64,000 bases of DNA from Mobula hypostoma (taxonomy: Eukaryota), in assembly GCF_963921235.1 (NCBI RefSeq), contig NC_086108.1:43030001-43094000 (forward strand), in the 5' to 3' direction. The position numbers and the translations under genes were made by a program. Every line of letters starts with the position of its first letter. Position 1 is the stretch's first letter. Below, one piece after another: positions 13,201 through 26,037 of the stretch. The notes under the pieces were generated by a model that had not been told where the DNA came from, did not search any database, and saw nothing but the letters and a program-made list of their open reading frames with translations.

Positions 13201-13810
13201 AAGATTTCAAAGGTACATTTAATGTCAGAGAAAGATATAGAATATACATCCTGAAATACTTTTTCTTCACAGCCATCCACGAAAACAGAGTGCATCCAAA
13301 GAATGAATGACAGTTAAATGTTACGACCCCAAAGTCCCCCCCAGCTCCCCTCCCACGTATAAGCAGCAGCAAAGCAACAATCTCCCCTCCCCCCACCTGC
13401 AAAAAATAGCATCAGCACTCACCACCGAGCACCCAAGCATGCAGCAAAGCATCAGCAAAGACACAGACTTGCAGCACCCCAGAGACTACTTGTTCACCCG
13501 GTATTCGACATACCACAGGCTCTCTCTCCTTAATAAGAGAGAAAGAGGTGTCTCCATTTCACAGTGAGAGGGGAGACATAACAAACAACTCGCTGATTTA
13601 CAATGTTAAAAGGCCATGGCGTTGCATTTTCCAAGCTCTGTGCCCATAGAACCCAGGTCTCTATGCACACAGCCAGGAGCCAGCTCGCTGCTTTCAATCT
13701 TCCGTCTCCCATGACACCGGATTCCTGCAGAGACACGGACCTTCAGTCCGCCTGTCTCCAGAGCCACAAGATCCCGGAACTCTGAAGGCAAGCTAATCTC
13801 CTAGGCTGCA
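13201..13810 (-). mobile_element. Interspersed repeat (LINE-tail type), copy 1
   Basis: Aligns by eye with 21394-22000 (aaggtacatttaatgtcagagaaa…catcctgaaat…caccgagcac…ccatttcacagtgagaggggagac). Confidence 0.75.
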
Positions 13811-14006
13811 CGTATCTTGATAAATGTAACAATAATAAACCAATACCAATACCATTGAGAAGACTGAAGTCCCCATGTTTTGATTGTCACAGACTCTGTC
13901 CTCTCACACTCAACTGCGTTCTCAGCCTGGAGTGCTGGCTCAAATGGTTCATAAAATTAGCATCCCTTTTGTTCAAGTAACTAATCTTGTATTTTTATTA
14001 TATATG

Positions 14007-14670
14007 TGTAGCCCCCCTGGCCAGCCTCAGGGTCGCTCGGCTCACTGTCGTCTAGGGAAACAGCCCTCGGCCCCGCCAAACTGGGTAATCGGTCTGTGTG
14101 GATGCTGTGTGATGTACCCCACCCTGCCCAAATAACAGACAATACACCAGATACGATTAAATGATTTACAGTTTATAGATATTAATGGAACTATATAATT
14201 AATAGAGAATAAAATATAAAAGGAAAATCAAAGGCGCCACACTTACCAAAGTTCAATCTCTTCGTGCACAAACAGTTGGAGCTCAGGACCCTTCTTCTTC
14301 ACCCCGCGACCCCTCGGACCACCTCGTCCAGCCGCCTGGGACCAACAATGGTGGTCGACCAGACTCCACACGAGTCCGTCTCCGTCTGCTGCCCTCGCCG
14401 AACGCCCCACTCGGGGTCCGACCCTGTTAGCAGACTCACAGCACCTGGTCCATCCTCTGTCTCTCTCTCCTGTCTTCTGCCCCAAAACCCCACGCATACA
14501 ATATCCTCAGACACACCAAAAGCATAACAACTATCCCAATTGGTTCGTAACACCTTTCTTATCAGTAATGTGATCCAAACAAACTGCTAGGGGGAGGACT
14601 TTCTTAGCAGTTAACATAACAAAGAAGCCATTTTAATTATACTACGCAGTGACAAAAAAAAACCCTTACA
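14007..14670 (-). mobile_element. Solo LTR (664 bp)
   Basis: TGTA...TACA termini with 4-bp TSD TATG (14003-14006, 14671-14674); orientation inferred. Confidence 0.85.
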
Positions 14671-14934
14671 TATGGAAGAAATATACATTTTAAGTTGGAT
14701 AATAGCTTATAATTTTCTTAAAAGAAAAGCAGTGGCTTTGTTTATTTCTCCCTAATAATTGAATAAAGGCAAGTGAATTCATCTTATAATTGCTATATTT
14801 TGAGACTAATGAGTTTTATTAAAAGTCCCACTTCAGTTCGGTAGCTCATTTGGAGATTTCTACATGTTAACCTTCTCTTGTGATAAATTAGCTTTTTGTA
14901 TTGCACTAACTATTCCAATCTTTATTATTTCCAG

Positions 14935-15153
14935 GTTTCAGCTACATTTGCTGCAAGCTTAGTTACTAGCCCAGCCATTGGTGCATATCTTGGTGGAATT
15001 TATGGGGACAATCTTGTGGTTATTCTTGCCACAGCTATTGCTTTGCTAGATATTTGTTTCATATTGGTGGCTGTACCAGAATCTCTTCCTGTAAAAATGC
15101 GGCCTGCATCTTGGGAAGCGCCTATCTCATGGGAGCAAGCTGATCCATTTGCT
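14935..15153 (+). CDS. MFSD14A: MFSD14A exon 6 (VSATFAASLVTSPAIGAYLG...ISWEQADPFA)
   Basis: ttccag acceptor, gtaagt donor, 219 nt; inside ORF 14896..15225. Confidence 0.97.
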
Positions 15154-15837
15154 GTAAGTGGAACAATGTACATTGTATTTGCTGTTAGAAATACTGTGGA
15201 AATTTTGAATGCACCTTTATGCTGAGAACATACAGAAATGTGGAAAAGTCTTAGGAACAGGTAAAAAAAATTATGTAAAGCAAAGATGATTTTAGAAATA
15301 ATTAAAAGAGCAGTAAACAGTAAAAAAAAAACTATATCAAATTAATGTCCTTAAAACTGCAGCAATTCTCTTAGGTACCCTGTCATGTAGTTTTATAAGC
15401 AAATCGGCCAGTAGTTTGTTTCGAAAACTTGCCACAGTTCTTCTGAAGACTTTGGCTGTTTCGCTTGCTTCTGTAAGTAATCCCAGATAGCCTCGATGAC
15501 GTTGAAATCAGGGCTCTGTTGAAGGTCATGGCATCTGAAGCTATATAAAAAAAATCTAGGGTGCACAGTCCTGTAACTTTACCTCATGTAAAATTTTAAA
15601 AGGTTTCTTGATTGCAGCCAGTTTGTAAATGCAACTTTAAAACACTGCAGTTTACATATTGAACTATTTGTAACACTTCTCTTACGTAACTGTTGAACGC
15701 CTGCTCAAAATTATAAATTTAAGTAATGCTTGCTTGATCATTTTAAGCTTTTTTAGTTTATTTGATAATAGATATATTCAAAATGTGAAAAGGCTAGCAA
15801 AGGTTGAAATTAATGCCTATGATTTTTTTTATCCTAG

Positions 15838-15951
15838 TCACTCAAGAAAGTTGGCCAAGATTCAACAGTTCTTCTTATCTGTATTACAGTTTTCCTCTCC
15901 TATCTGCCAGAAGCTGGGCAGTATTCCAGTTTTTTTCTTTACCTCAAACAG
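15838..15951 (+). CDS. MFSD14A: MFSD14A exon 7 (SLKKVGQDSTVLLICITVFLSYLPEAGQYSSFFLYLKQ)
   Basis: atcctag acceptor, gtatg donor, 114 nt; read by hand, not in the ORF track in this frame. Confidence 0.96.
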
Positions 15952-16957
15952 GTATGAATAACATTTTAAAAATCTAATAGCCTGTAGAAATTCCAGAAAT
16001 CGTTGGTTGAACATTAATAATAATGTTTTAAAGCTAATTTGAGTATGTATTTCACGTGATTATTTTTAGTGGGACCCTGCAGTACAATTCAAAAGACCAA
16101 ACTTACACTCAACTGTGATACCATTTACTGCATGTTGCATAAACAGTGTATAACATAGCACAATGCATTCACTTCTCACTTTTTGACTTTTTGGTCTCTT
16201 CCTTGTAGAGGAGACCACAGAGATGGAGGGACCACTTTGTATAACATTTCCATTCAGTCCTAACCTTGACTCTGAATTTCCATCCTTTGTCATTTTAACT
16301 TGCAGTCCCAAGCCCATCCTAACCCTTGTTAACCCTTCATTTTAATGAAGTTGGAGCATCATCACCTTACCATTAATCAAGGCACCGTACAGCCTTTTAG
16401 ATCTTAAGTGCGTCATTTTCAAATAATTTCCAGAATCTGCAGTATTTTTAAATAATCAAAAAAAAAGATCTTGCTTCTTGTTATATTTTCTTTGGGTGAT
16501 TTTTAAATTAATTTTATTGTTACCATTCTCATTGTCCTTGCACTATCATTTTTTGTCAATTAATCTCTCTTGTGAGCTACCCTCAGAGTTTCCTTTGTTA
16601 ACTTCTCTATTTCTTTCCTTCTCTATATTTTAAACCCTGTGTTTAAATCACTTCCCATAAACCTTAAATGCTAATATTCTCTCTGCAGATGTCTGTTGAA
16701 TGCTTTTATTTAACTTTCCAGCATTCATACTGTTTTGCTTTTGAACAAAGATTTAGTATTTTTCAAATCGTGTTGGTCATTGTCTTGTGCTATTGTGTTC
16801 AGCTAATTAGTTGGACCTACTTTTGTTATTATTTTGTACAAATTCTACAAAGTAATAATTGTATCAATTAGAAGTTGTATGAAATGATAAGCTGATATAG
16901 CATTAGGATTATTAAATTTAAAACAACATTATTCCTGACATTTTCTTGTTCTGTTAG

Positions 16958-17029
16958 GTCATGAGATTTTCAGCAGAAAGTGTCACTGTGTTTATAGCTG
17001 TCCTTGGAATCCTCTCTATAATTGCACAA
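16958..17029 (+). CDS. MFSD14A: MFSD14A exon 8 (VMRFSAESVTVFIAVLGILSIIAQ)
   Basis: ctgttag acceptor, gtgagt donor, 72 nt. Confidence 0.95.
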
Positions 17030-17109
17030 GTGAGTATCCAGTTAGCCCTTATGTAACAATTAAGAATATCCCCCCCACTTTCCTATTTCCCCTTCCTGTA
17101 CCAATGAAA

Positions 17110-17885
17110 TTAAAATTTACTTGCAGCAATGTCACAGACACATAGCATCATATAAGTAGCGTTCACAAGGAAAACAAATTTTGACAAGAAAACAAAATTA
17201 GAACAAAAAGACAAATTCCATTTCAGAACAAAGTGATTGTAGTGTTGTGCTGACTGATACAAGAACCGCATGGTTGAAGGGAGGTAGCTGTTCTTGAACC
17301 TGGTGTTGTGGGACTTCAGGCTTTTGTACTTCCTGTCTGATAGTAGCTGCGACAAGATGGCAGAGCTCGGATGGTGGGGTTCTTTGATAACAGATGTTGC
17401 CTTCTTTAGGCAGTGTATCCTATAGATACTAACGATGGAGGGGAAGGATTTGCGTGTGATACGTTTCGCGGAATCTACCACACTCTGCAACTTCTTGGGT
17501 TCCTGTGCTTTCACATTGCCGTACTAGACCATGATATCACCTGTCAGGATACTTTCAACAGTACATCCGTAGAAGTGTACTAAAGTGTTCTGTTACAAGC
17601 TTTTTAATAAAAAGTAAAGACACTGGCATGATTTCCTTATGATTGCATCTATGTGTTGGGCCCAGGAAAGGTCATCCAGTTTGTTAATACCCCGGAATTT
17701 AAACCTGCTGACTCTGTTGTGTCAATCCTCCAATGTAGTCTAGTGCATGTTCACCCTCTTTCCCCTTCTGCAATTCAGTAATCAGCTCTTTAGTTTTACT
17801 GATGTTGAGCAAAGGTCGTTATTGTGGCACCACTGAACCAGGTGTCCTGTTTCATTCTGGTAGGCTGCCTTATCACCACCTAAGC
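17110..17885 (-). mobile_element. Rex1-like LINE 3' fragment (intron 8)
   Basis: ORF 17110..17514 KKLQSVV..A..IT...KKA.SVIKEPHHP...RFKNSY.P. Confidence 0.85.
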
Positions 17886-18344
17886 TTGTGGCCTATAGGT
17901 CTTATGTAGCCTAAAGATCATTTGGTATTGAAGTTTTCTAAGTAAGCCTTTCAAAATAAATCCAATCTCTCGAACGTTAATTATAGTAGTAAACCCTTAT
18001 TTTCCAGTCTCCCATGCTATAGCTGATACACTTCAAGATACTTGTCAAATCACTGTTTTGTGTAACTCCATTCTTGTCTGCTGCAGCTGTGTGTTCCTAC
18101 ATGCATGTTCAATTCTTGCACAGGAATGCTTGTGTTATTATCCTTCACTACCGTCAATGGCCTTATTTCAGTCCCTATTCCTCTCTATTGCCACTTTCAA
18201 ATCATCAAACAATTATTTTCAGCAACCTCCTTGCCCCAACCCATATTTCTCTTAACCATTTCCCATTTCTGAATTTTTTAAATTTTCTTTTACGTGAGAA
18301 GCACTAAAGAAATAAAATTTACTAAAACTGTTGACATTTTTCAG

Positions 18345-18457
18345 ACAGCAGTTCTAAGTTTACTGATGCGATCTATTGGAAACAAGAATGCTATTCTGCT
18401 TGGTTTAGTATTCCAGATGTTGCAATTGGCCTGGTATGGATTTGGCTATGAACCATG
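18345..18457 (+). CDS. MFSD14A: MFSD14A exon 9 (TAVLSLLMRSIGNKNAILLGLVFQMLQLAWYGFGYEP+TG)
   Basis: ttttcag acceptor, gtatg donor, 113 nt. Confidence 0.96.
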
Positions 18458-18854
18458 GTATGTAGTTTAATCTTTTCTCTCGGAAATGTAATCATTAAAA
18501 AGATCTTTAGTGGTGTTGGGAATATCCCATTATTTTTGCATCACAATAATAAGATGGTAATCTATTACAATTGGGAGAAGCACAGGCATAGCTAAAAATT
18601 GCCATACCAACTTGTTTAAGCTACAGCATTGGCTTGCATGCTTGTTAAACAAAATGCAAAAAAAAGAACTTTATATAATCCCACAACTAATAGATCAGAG
18701 CAAAGCTCTGCAGTACTATTATTACAGCTATTATTGTTGTAGATAATTAAATAACTGATTAGCACTGTTTTATTCCCATTCTCAGTGAAGGCTGGCTCAG
18801 TATGCGGGTGCCAAAGAAAACAGAACCATTTGTAGTCGTATTGTAGCTAAGTGG

Positions 18855-20515
18855 AATCAGATTTATTAGTACTGTCATATATGATCTGAAATTTGTTGTT
18901 TTGTGGTAGTAATACTCTGCAAAGGCAAATTATAATAAACTGCAAAAATAAATAGTGTAAAAAGATAGGAAAAATGAGATTGTTTTCATGGACTGTCAGA
19001 AATCTGATTGCAGAGAGGAAGAAACAGTCCTAAGTCATTGAATGTATGTCTTCAGGCTCATGTACCTTCTCCCGATGGTAGTAATGAGAAGTGTGCATGT
19101 CCCAGATGGTGAGGGTCCTTGGTGATGGGATGCCATTTTCTTGCCTCTTGAATATCTCCTTGATGGTGAGGAAGGTTGCACCGGGTGATGGAACTGACTG
19201 TGCCTTTCACCATCTGTAGTATCTTACAGTCAGGTGCATTGGAGGCTCCATACCATGCAGTGATGCCACCAGTGAGAATGCTCTTCATTGTACATCTGTA
19301 GACATTTGTAAGAGTCTTTGATGACATACCAATGCTCAAATTCCTAACTAAGTATAGCCACTTGCATGCCTTCTTCATTATTGCATCAATCTGTTGGGCC
19401 CAGGTTAGATCTTCTAAGATGTTGCCACTCAGGTACATGAAACTGCTCATTCTTTCCAATGCTGATTCCTCAATGAAGACTGTTGTGTATTCTCCCAACT
19501 TCCTCTTCCTGAAGTCCAAAATCAGCTTCTTGGTTTTGCTGAAGTCAAATGCAAGGATGTTGCTACACCACTCTGCCAGCATATCTATTACTTCTGTACC
19601 CCTCCTCAGCATCTTCTGAGGTTCTATCAACAGCAGTGTCATCTGCAGAATTATAGAGCGAATTTGCTCTGTGCTTAGCCACACAGTCGAGTGTAGAGAG
19701 TGAAGCTGTGGGCTTAGTACACACCTTTGAGGTGCTCCTGTGTTGATTGTCAGCAAAGAGGACATGTTATTAGCAGTCTGCACTAGTCTTTCAAAAAGAA
19801 AGTCACAGATCCAGTTGCAGAGGGAGGTACAGATTTTGAAGCTTGTAATTGATATTGAGGTCATGGTGTTGAACTCTAATCTGTAATCCATAACCGGTAG
19901 CGTCAGTGACATGTTTTGCAGTTGTCTAGGTGCTCCAAAGCAGAGTGGAGAGCCACTGACATGTTCTGTTGTGGTGGTAAGTGAATTGCAGTAGGTCCAG
20001 GTCCTTGTCAGGTCAGGAGTTAATTGTAGCCATAATAGGCTCATCCTGCTCTTTTTGGGCATTGGTGGGATTGCTGTCCTTTTGAAGTAGGAGGGAACCT
20101 CAGACTGCAACAATGGGAAGTTGAAAATGTCTTTGAACACTACAACCAGTTGGTTGGCACAGGTTTTCAGTCGCTGGCAAGATGGATTGATGGGGCCTGA
20201 CACTTCACGAGGTTTCACCTTCTTGAAGGATATTCTGACACTGGCCTCTGCAATAGAGATTTGATCGTCACTGGATGTTATGGGGATTCACAAAGTGTAG
20301 TGTTAAATTCCCTTTCAAAGTGTTCATAGAAAGGTATTGAGCTCTTCAGGGAGTGAAGCTTAACTGCTATTTATGCTGGTCTGTTTTACCTTTAGGAAGT
20401 AATGGCATGCAAGCCCTGCCACAGCTGTCATGAATTCAATTATGTTCCTCGTTTCACTTGGAATTGCCTTTTCGTTCTGATGATGGGTTTCCATAGGTCA
20501 TACCAGGACCTCAGT
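18855..20515 (-). mobile_element. Rex1-like LINE, decayed RT (intron 9)
   Basis: ORF 19058..20218 LKTCANQL...TGAPQRCVLSP...SILTG.ITAWYG. Confidence 0.88.
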
Positions 20516-21393
20516 CTTGGCTTCCCTCTGAAATTCCTACCATTACAGAAACTGGTCACTAGTCTATCAGTTAGGGACGTTGTGACAGTCGTGGCACGGT
20601 TTGCATGCCTTTAATTCCTATGAGGTGAAATCTAACAACACAGTTCCTCCTAAATAAAATCAAAGACCTAGAGAATTTGATTCAGAAAAGACTTTGGGCC
20701 CAGATGGTACCCAAATTTCTGCTCTCGAGCTTCAATGCAAGCATTTCCAGTGCATTAATTAAATATTCTATTTAAAAACTGCCCAGGTATATTTTGTTCA
20801 CAAAAGTTGTCAAATCAGCTAAGTATTGTGCAGTCTTTTCCCAATCAGCAGTAAAACAACTGTGCTATCAAGTGGAACCTATGAACTTTATTTGCATACC
20901 AATGTTTCACCAGAAACACTTGGCTACAAATCTCAGTTCAGCTTTGAACTAGAGATGAGATTAGGATAACTGCCTTCCCAATAAGGTGGCAAATGACACA
21001 GAGTGGAGCCTCTAGGAGCCCTGGTAAAAATGGACATCTGGGGTGGGGGGGTGGGGAAAAAGCTCCGGTGGTTGGAGGTGTACTTTGCGCAAAGGAAATT
21101 GGCAGTGATTGTGGAGATTCTAGCAGTGTTATCAACTGAAAGTTCAAGTTTAGTTGTCATTCAGTTAAACGAAACATTGTTGCTCTGGGACCAAAGTGCA
21201 AAATATAGTATATACAGTCACATACAGCACGTGTGGTTACGATAGCACATACAGTCACAAAATAATGTTAGAACAAGTCTGTGAGGGGCATGGCCTGAAA
21301 AATGATTGGGCATGGCATGTTGTCTTGGAGCCACGTTTCTACAAGAACAAGCACGCAGCAGTTCCTCAACTCATGGTAGGTCAGCCGCAGATG

Positions 21394-22480
21394 AAGGTTT
21401 CAAAGACACATTTAATGTCAGAGAAATGTATACAATATACATCCTGAAATGTTTTTGTCTTTGCAACCATCCACAAAACCAGAGGAGTGCCCCCAAAGAA
21501 TGAATGACAGTTAAATGTTAGAAGCCCAAAGTCCCCCCCCCAGCTCCCCTCCCTCCTGTGCATAAGCGGCAGCAAACAACAATCCCCTCTCCCCCCACCA
21601 GCAAAAAAAAAGCATCAGCACCTGCCACCAAACACTCAATCATGAGCAAAGCAACAGCAAAGACACAGATTTGGAGTACCCTAAAGACTGGGTGTTCTCC
21701 CGGTATTCAACATACCACAGGCTCTCTCTCTCTCTCCCTAATGAGGGAGAAAGAGGTGTCTCCTTTTCACAGTGAGAGGGGAGACACAACAAACAACTCG
21801 CTGGTTTACGATGTTAAAAGTCCGTTGCATCGCTTTTTCCGAGGTCTGTGCCCAAAGATCTCGGGCCTTTGGGCACACAGGCTTGATCTTCCATCTCCCA
21901 CGACACACTGGTCTTCTGCCCGGACACTGACCTCTGATCCCCCGTCTTCAGAGCCACGAAATCTCGGTCCTCCAATGGCAAGTGAAGCTCTTAGGCCAAG
22001 CCCCTGACATGCCAAATAACAGACATTCATGAAATCCCAAGAGTGGGTCCCATTCCCGCAAAGAACCCTAGTCAGCATGTAACTCTAGGTCAGGGTCTTC
22101 AAAAGAACCCTGAAAGGGAAAACTAGAGATATTAAAGCTGGAAATAGAGTTGTTTTTGAAGGTGCAAGCATAGGAGTCGCCGTTAGGTGGCATTAACCCT
22201 CCTTGTCTTCCAAGGAGCGAGCATTGGAGAGTAGTCCCAACGGGAGAGCTGACCTGCAGGGGCCAGCCCCCAACCTAGCACGGACTCCAGCATGTCCACC
22301 TCACCTCTGTTCTCTCCCCGATCGCGTGTGGCGCCTCCTCTGCTCAGTAGCTATAACAAGCAACAGGCATGAGGGCTTGGGCCACACAACTCCCCCACCT
22401 TTGGTCTTGCCAATGAACTAGGCTTGCAGTACTTTGGATTACCAATGTCCAACAGGGTCTTGCGATCACAAGAAACTCGT
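21394..22480 (-). mobile_element. Interspersed repeat (LINE-tail type), longer copy 2
   Basis: Same family as 13201-13810; the distal boundary is approximate. Confidence 0.7.
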
Positions 22481-22861
22481 TTAAGACAAATTTTTTGTAC
22501 ATTGGAATATATTCTCACTTGTGACAATACAAATTGTATTTTTGTTTTGTCATGGACTACACCATTGTTTCTTGGACTATTTTGTCACTTTTGATCTGGT
22601 CCTGAGGACCTATACATAATGTACAAATTTTCTGAAATGAGAAGGTGAGGCAGTAGGCAGTTTATTCAAATTGGATTGCGTGTTTTTCTCGCAAAAACAT
22701 TTATATTACAGAGATGGAATTTTCAATCCTGTCCAAATGTATCCTCCCTTAAGAAATGGATCCAATCCCATATGTTTCCATTTTTCTAATTTGTTTTGTG
22801 TCTTGTTTTCTTTTATTATTGCAGAGCTTAATTGTGTAACATTATTGTGCATTGACTGTAG

Positions 22862-22959
22862 GATGATGTGGGCAGCAGGAGCAGTGGCAGCTATGTCCAG
22901 CATTACTTTCCCAGCAGTGAGTGCACTGGTATCACGGAATGCTGATTCAGACCAACAAG
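22862..22959 (+). CDS. MFSD14A: MFSD14A exon 10 (MMWAAGAVAAMSSITFPAVSALVSRNADSDQQ+G)
   Basis: ctgtag acceptor, gtaaag donor, 98 nt, phase 2/1. Confidence 0.95.
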
Positions 22960-23496
22960 GTAAAGCCACCTTTTCTGTAGGAATTAGCAAGCATCACCTT
23001 TGTGCTCAATAGATTTTTTGAAGGTATTACGTTCATCAAATTACTTAGAATGTGTTTTGAAATTCAGAATCGCAGCTTTTTAAGTGTGCTCAAAAAATAT
23101 AATTTGAGTTTGTCCTGTCATCAGAACAGTTCCTCTTGATAACGTCCTTAAGAATTGGTTGTTTCTCTTTAGAGACTGCGTGACTAACAAAGTTCCCTGC
23201 ATCATTTCTTTCAGACTTCCAGCATTTGCGTTTATTTTTCAAATACTTTTAGAAGACCTTAATCTTTCTTTTGCAGTTTTGTGGGTGCCGTAGTGACAGA
23301 AATCTAGCTTTGTTACTAATGACCAATGTATAATTCTTAAAAGATGCATTAAGTACCAGAATGTTAATTGCTGTGCAATCCATGATTTTTTTTAGCATAC
23401 ATATAAAACTGAACACAGTTTTTACATTGAAAATATGGCAACAGATGCTTGGTTCTTCCACAATTTCTGCTTCAAAAGAAGTGAATATTTTCAAAG

Positions 23497-23849
23497 GACA
23501 CGACCCACCCAGTCAACACACTTTTCGTCCCTCTTCCCTCCGGGAGAAGGCTCAGGAGCTTGAAGACTCGTACGGCCAGATTTGGGAACAGCTTCTTTCC
23601 AACTGTGATAAGACTGCTGAACGGATCCTGACCCGGATCTGGGCCATACCCTCCAGATATCCGGACCTGCCTCTCGGTTTTTTTGCATTACCTTATTTTC
23701 CCTTTTCTATTTTCTATTTATATTTATAATTTAAATTTTTAATATTTACTATCGAATTGTACTTCAGGGAGCGCGAAGCACAGAATCAAATATCGCTGTG
23801 ATGATTGTACGTTCTAGTATCAATTGTTTGGCGACAATAAAGTATAAAG
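23497..23849 (+). mobile_element. Young Rex1 subfamily 3' fragment
   Basis: Highly similar to the reverse complement of 36256-36610; ends gacaataaagtataaa. Confidence 0.85.
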
Positions 23850-24563
23850 AATATTTTCAAATTAGCCTGAAATATAATTCACCATTAGAGATCCTCTAAT
23901 TAAAAGTAATGGTCAAACAAAAAGAAACAGAGTTGCTGGTGACACTCCTTTGGTCAGTCAGGCAGTAACTGTGAAGAGACACAACCAGTATATAAAATTT
24001 ATGCCCCCTCATCAGAACAATTCCCCTTGGAAAACTTTTTTTTTTGCACACTTCCAGCTGACATTCTGAATTTCAAACACTCCTTATAAATAACAAGATG
24101 AATCTAAAAGTCTACAAAAGTTACTTCTATCAGGGGAAGATTTTAAAAAAGCTGAAGCATCTGACAAAGATTTCCACAGTGCCACAATGGAGCAGAAATA
24201 AAAATCCTTTACTTTTTGAATTAGTTTTGAAACCTCTAAAAATGAGAATTTTTTTCCTCATAGCTTTGGTTTGCCTTTCTCTAAAAAGAAATGTTTCCCC
24301 ATCCACATGACTGCATTTTGCACTCTATGCCAAAATGTTACAAATACAAACTTTTTTTTCTTAAAGGAAACCTGTATTTTAATAGTGTCCAAATAACCTC
24401 TGTTTGGATTTTAAGCTGTTTTACTTCTCTGGACACACATAGAACAACTCAGTTATTAAATGTGGCTTAAACTCAAGTGATACTAGTCATTTGACATTTA
24501 AAACCAAGATTTAATTTTGAGCTATGAAGTTTGAACCATGACTCAGTTTGCAGTTATTTACAG

Positions 24564-24727
24564 GTGTCGTTCAAGGAATGATCACAGGAATTCGAGGGTT
24601 GTGTAATGGACTAGGACCTGCACTTTATGGATTTATATTCTATATTTTTCATGTTGAACTAAATGAGTCACCAGAGAATGATGCTGAATCATCTGACAGT
24701 AAGAAGACAGAAAGCCATTCTGAGCAG
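24564..24727 (+). CDS. MFSD14A: MFSD14A exon 11 (VVQGMITGIRGLCNGLGPALYGFIFYIFHVELNESPE...SEQ)
   Basis: ttacag acceptor, gtagga donor, 164 nt. Confidence 0.96.
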
Positions 24728-25640
24728 GTAGGATATGAATATTTATACCAGTTGTTTACTTGACAAACTGTCATGTAATGTTAATATATAGTTAAGCATC
24801 AGAGGTTCATCTGCACTCATGTTCCTTGATTAATTAACATAACCTATTAACTGATGAATAAGACACTCGACTGCAGATTCTTTTTTCAATTTATTTACAT
24901 TGCTGAATGTTTTATATCTAAGTATGGATATCATAACTTAGTATACAATAGGTAATGTATTTTGTGTGTTCAGATATACATGTTTGTTTAATTCTCTTTT
25001 GCTTTGCCATCTGACCCACTGTTGATGAGTTTACCTACCCAAAACAAAGAGCTCATTTTCCTATAAGCCCTTTTTTCTTACTTTATGTATCAAGGATTGG
25101 CTGAAGAGAATATCCAGTATTTCTCAATTGTTTTCCAATTTCAAAGTGGGAATTTAGGCAGAAAGTGCTTAAAGTTTTTGACCTCAGCATTAATGGCAAG
25201 GTTCCAGAAGGTGTCTGATTCTTGTATTTGGTTGGTATTATTTTTACTTACCCATATTAAAAGAATTAGAAAATTCCAGCAGTTTTTTTTAATTTGTTGC
25301 CTAATTTAGATTAGGAGATCCATGTGTTTCCAGGACCTCTTAATTAGAGATTAATTGTGATACTTCAACTATCTGTTTGTAAGAAGGAAAAATGTGAATG
25401 TGGAAAGAGAAAGAAGTGAACATTTATTTTGCTTCCCATTCTATTTTGCTGGAAATGATAGCTCTGCAGATAGTTACATGAGCACTAGTCATGCCTTTAA
25501 GACCTAGAAAATGTGCAATTACAGGCTGTTCTATTACAGAAAGGGGTGTACACTGAGCAGATTCATAGAAAGTGACCTAATACCTGACAGGTGTTCCCAA
25601 AAGGTACTCTGGATGTTTGTTGGGACAGTAACAAAACACT

Positions 25641-25950
25641 GTTGGCGCATGGCCAAGTGGTTAAGGCGTTCGAGTAGTGATCTGAAGGTCACTAGTTCGA
25701 GCCTTGGCTGAGGCAGCGTGTTGTGTCCTTGAGCAAGGCACTTAACCACACATTGCTCTGTGACGACACCGGTGCCAAGCTGTATGGGTCCTAATGCCCT
25801 TCCCTTGGACAACATCGGTGGCATGGAGAGGGGAGACTTGCAGCATGGGCAACTGCTGGTCTTCCATACAACCTTGCCCAGGCCTGCGCCCTGGAAACCT
25901 TCCAAGGCGCAAATCCATGGTCTCACAAGACTAATGGATGCCTATATAAA
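25641..25950 (+). mobile_element. tRNA-derived CORE-type SINE, full length, with TSD
   Basis: A box TGGCCAAGTGG, B box GTTCGAGCC, CORE-like gtgtccttgagcaaggcacttaacc; 11-bp TSD AACAAAACACT at 25630-25640 and 25951-25961. Confidence 0.88.
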
Positions 25951-26037
25951 AACAAAACACTCCAGTACTTGAGCAGTGTTAGTGGATTGATATTTATTTT
26001 GATTTTTGATAGAAGTTTCTGTTTTTGTTTTAAACAG

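Noticed and set aside
19058..20218. 386-aa ORF as a domesticated RT gene
   Set aside because: It drifts in and out of the RT frame and lacks the catalytic (Y/F)ADD motif; decayed LINE.
23110..24020. Very old Penelope-end-like remnants (also ~16660-16760 and ~35330-35410) as additional hammerheads
   Set aside because: Core nucleotides are too decayed to call a ribozyme or set boundaries.
25641..25715. tRNA gene
   Set aside because: It is the head of a TSD-flanked SINE; no proper acceptor stem or terminator.
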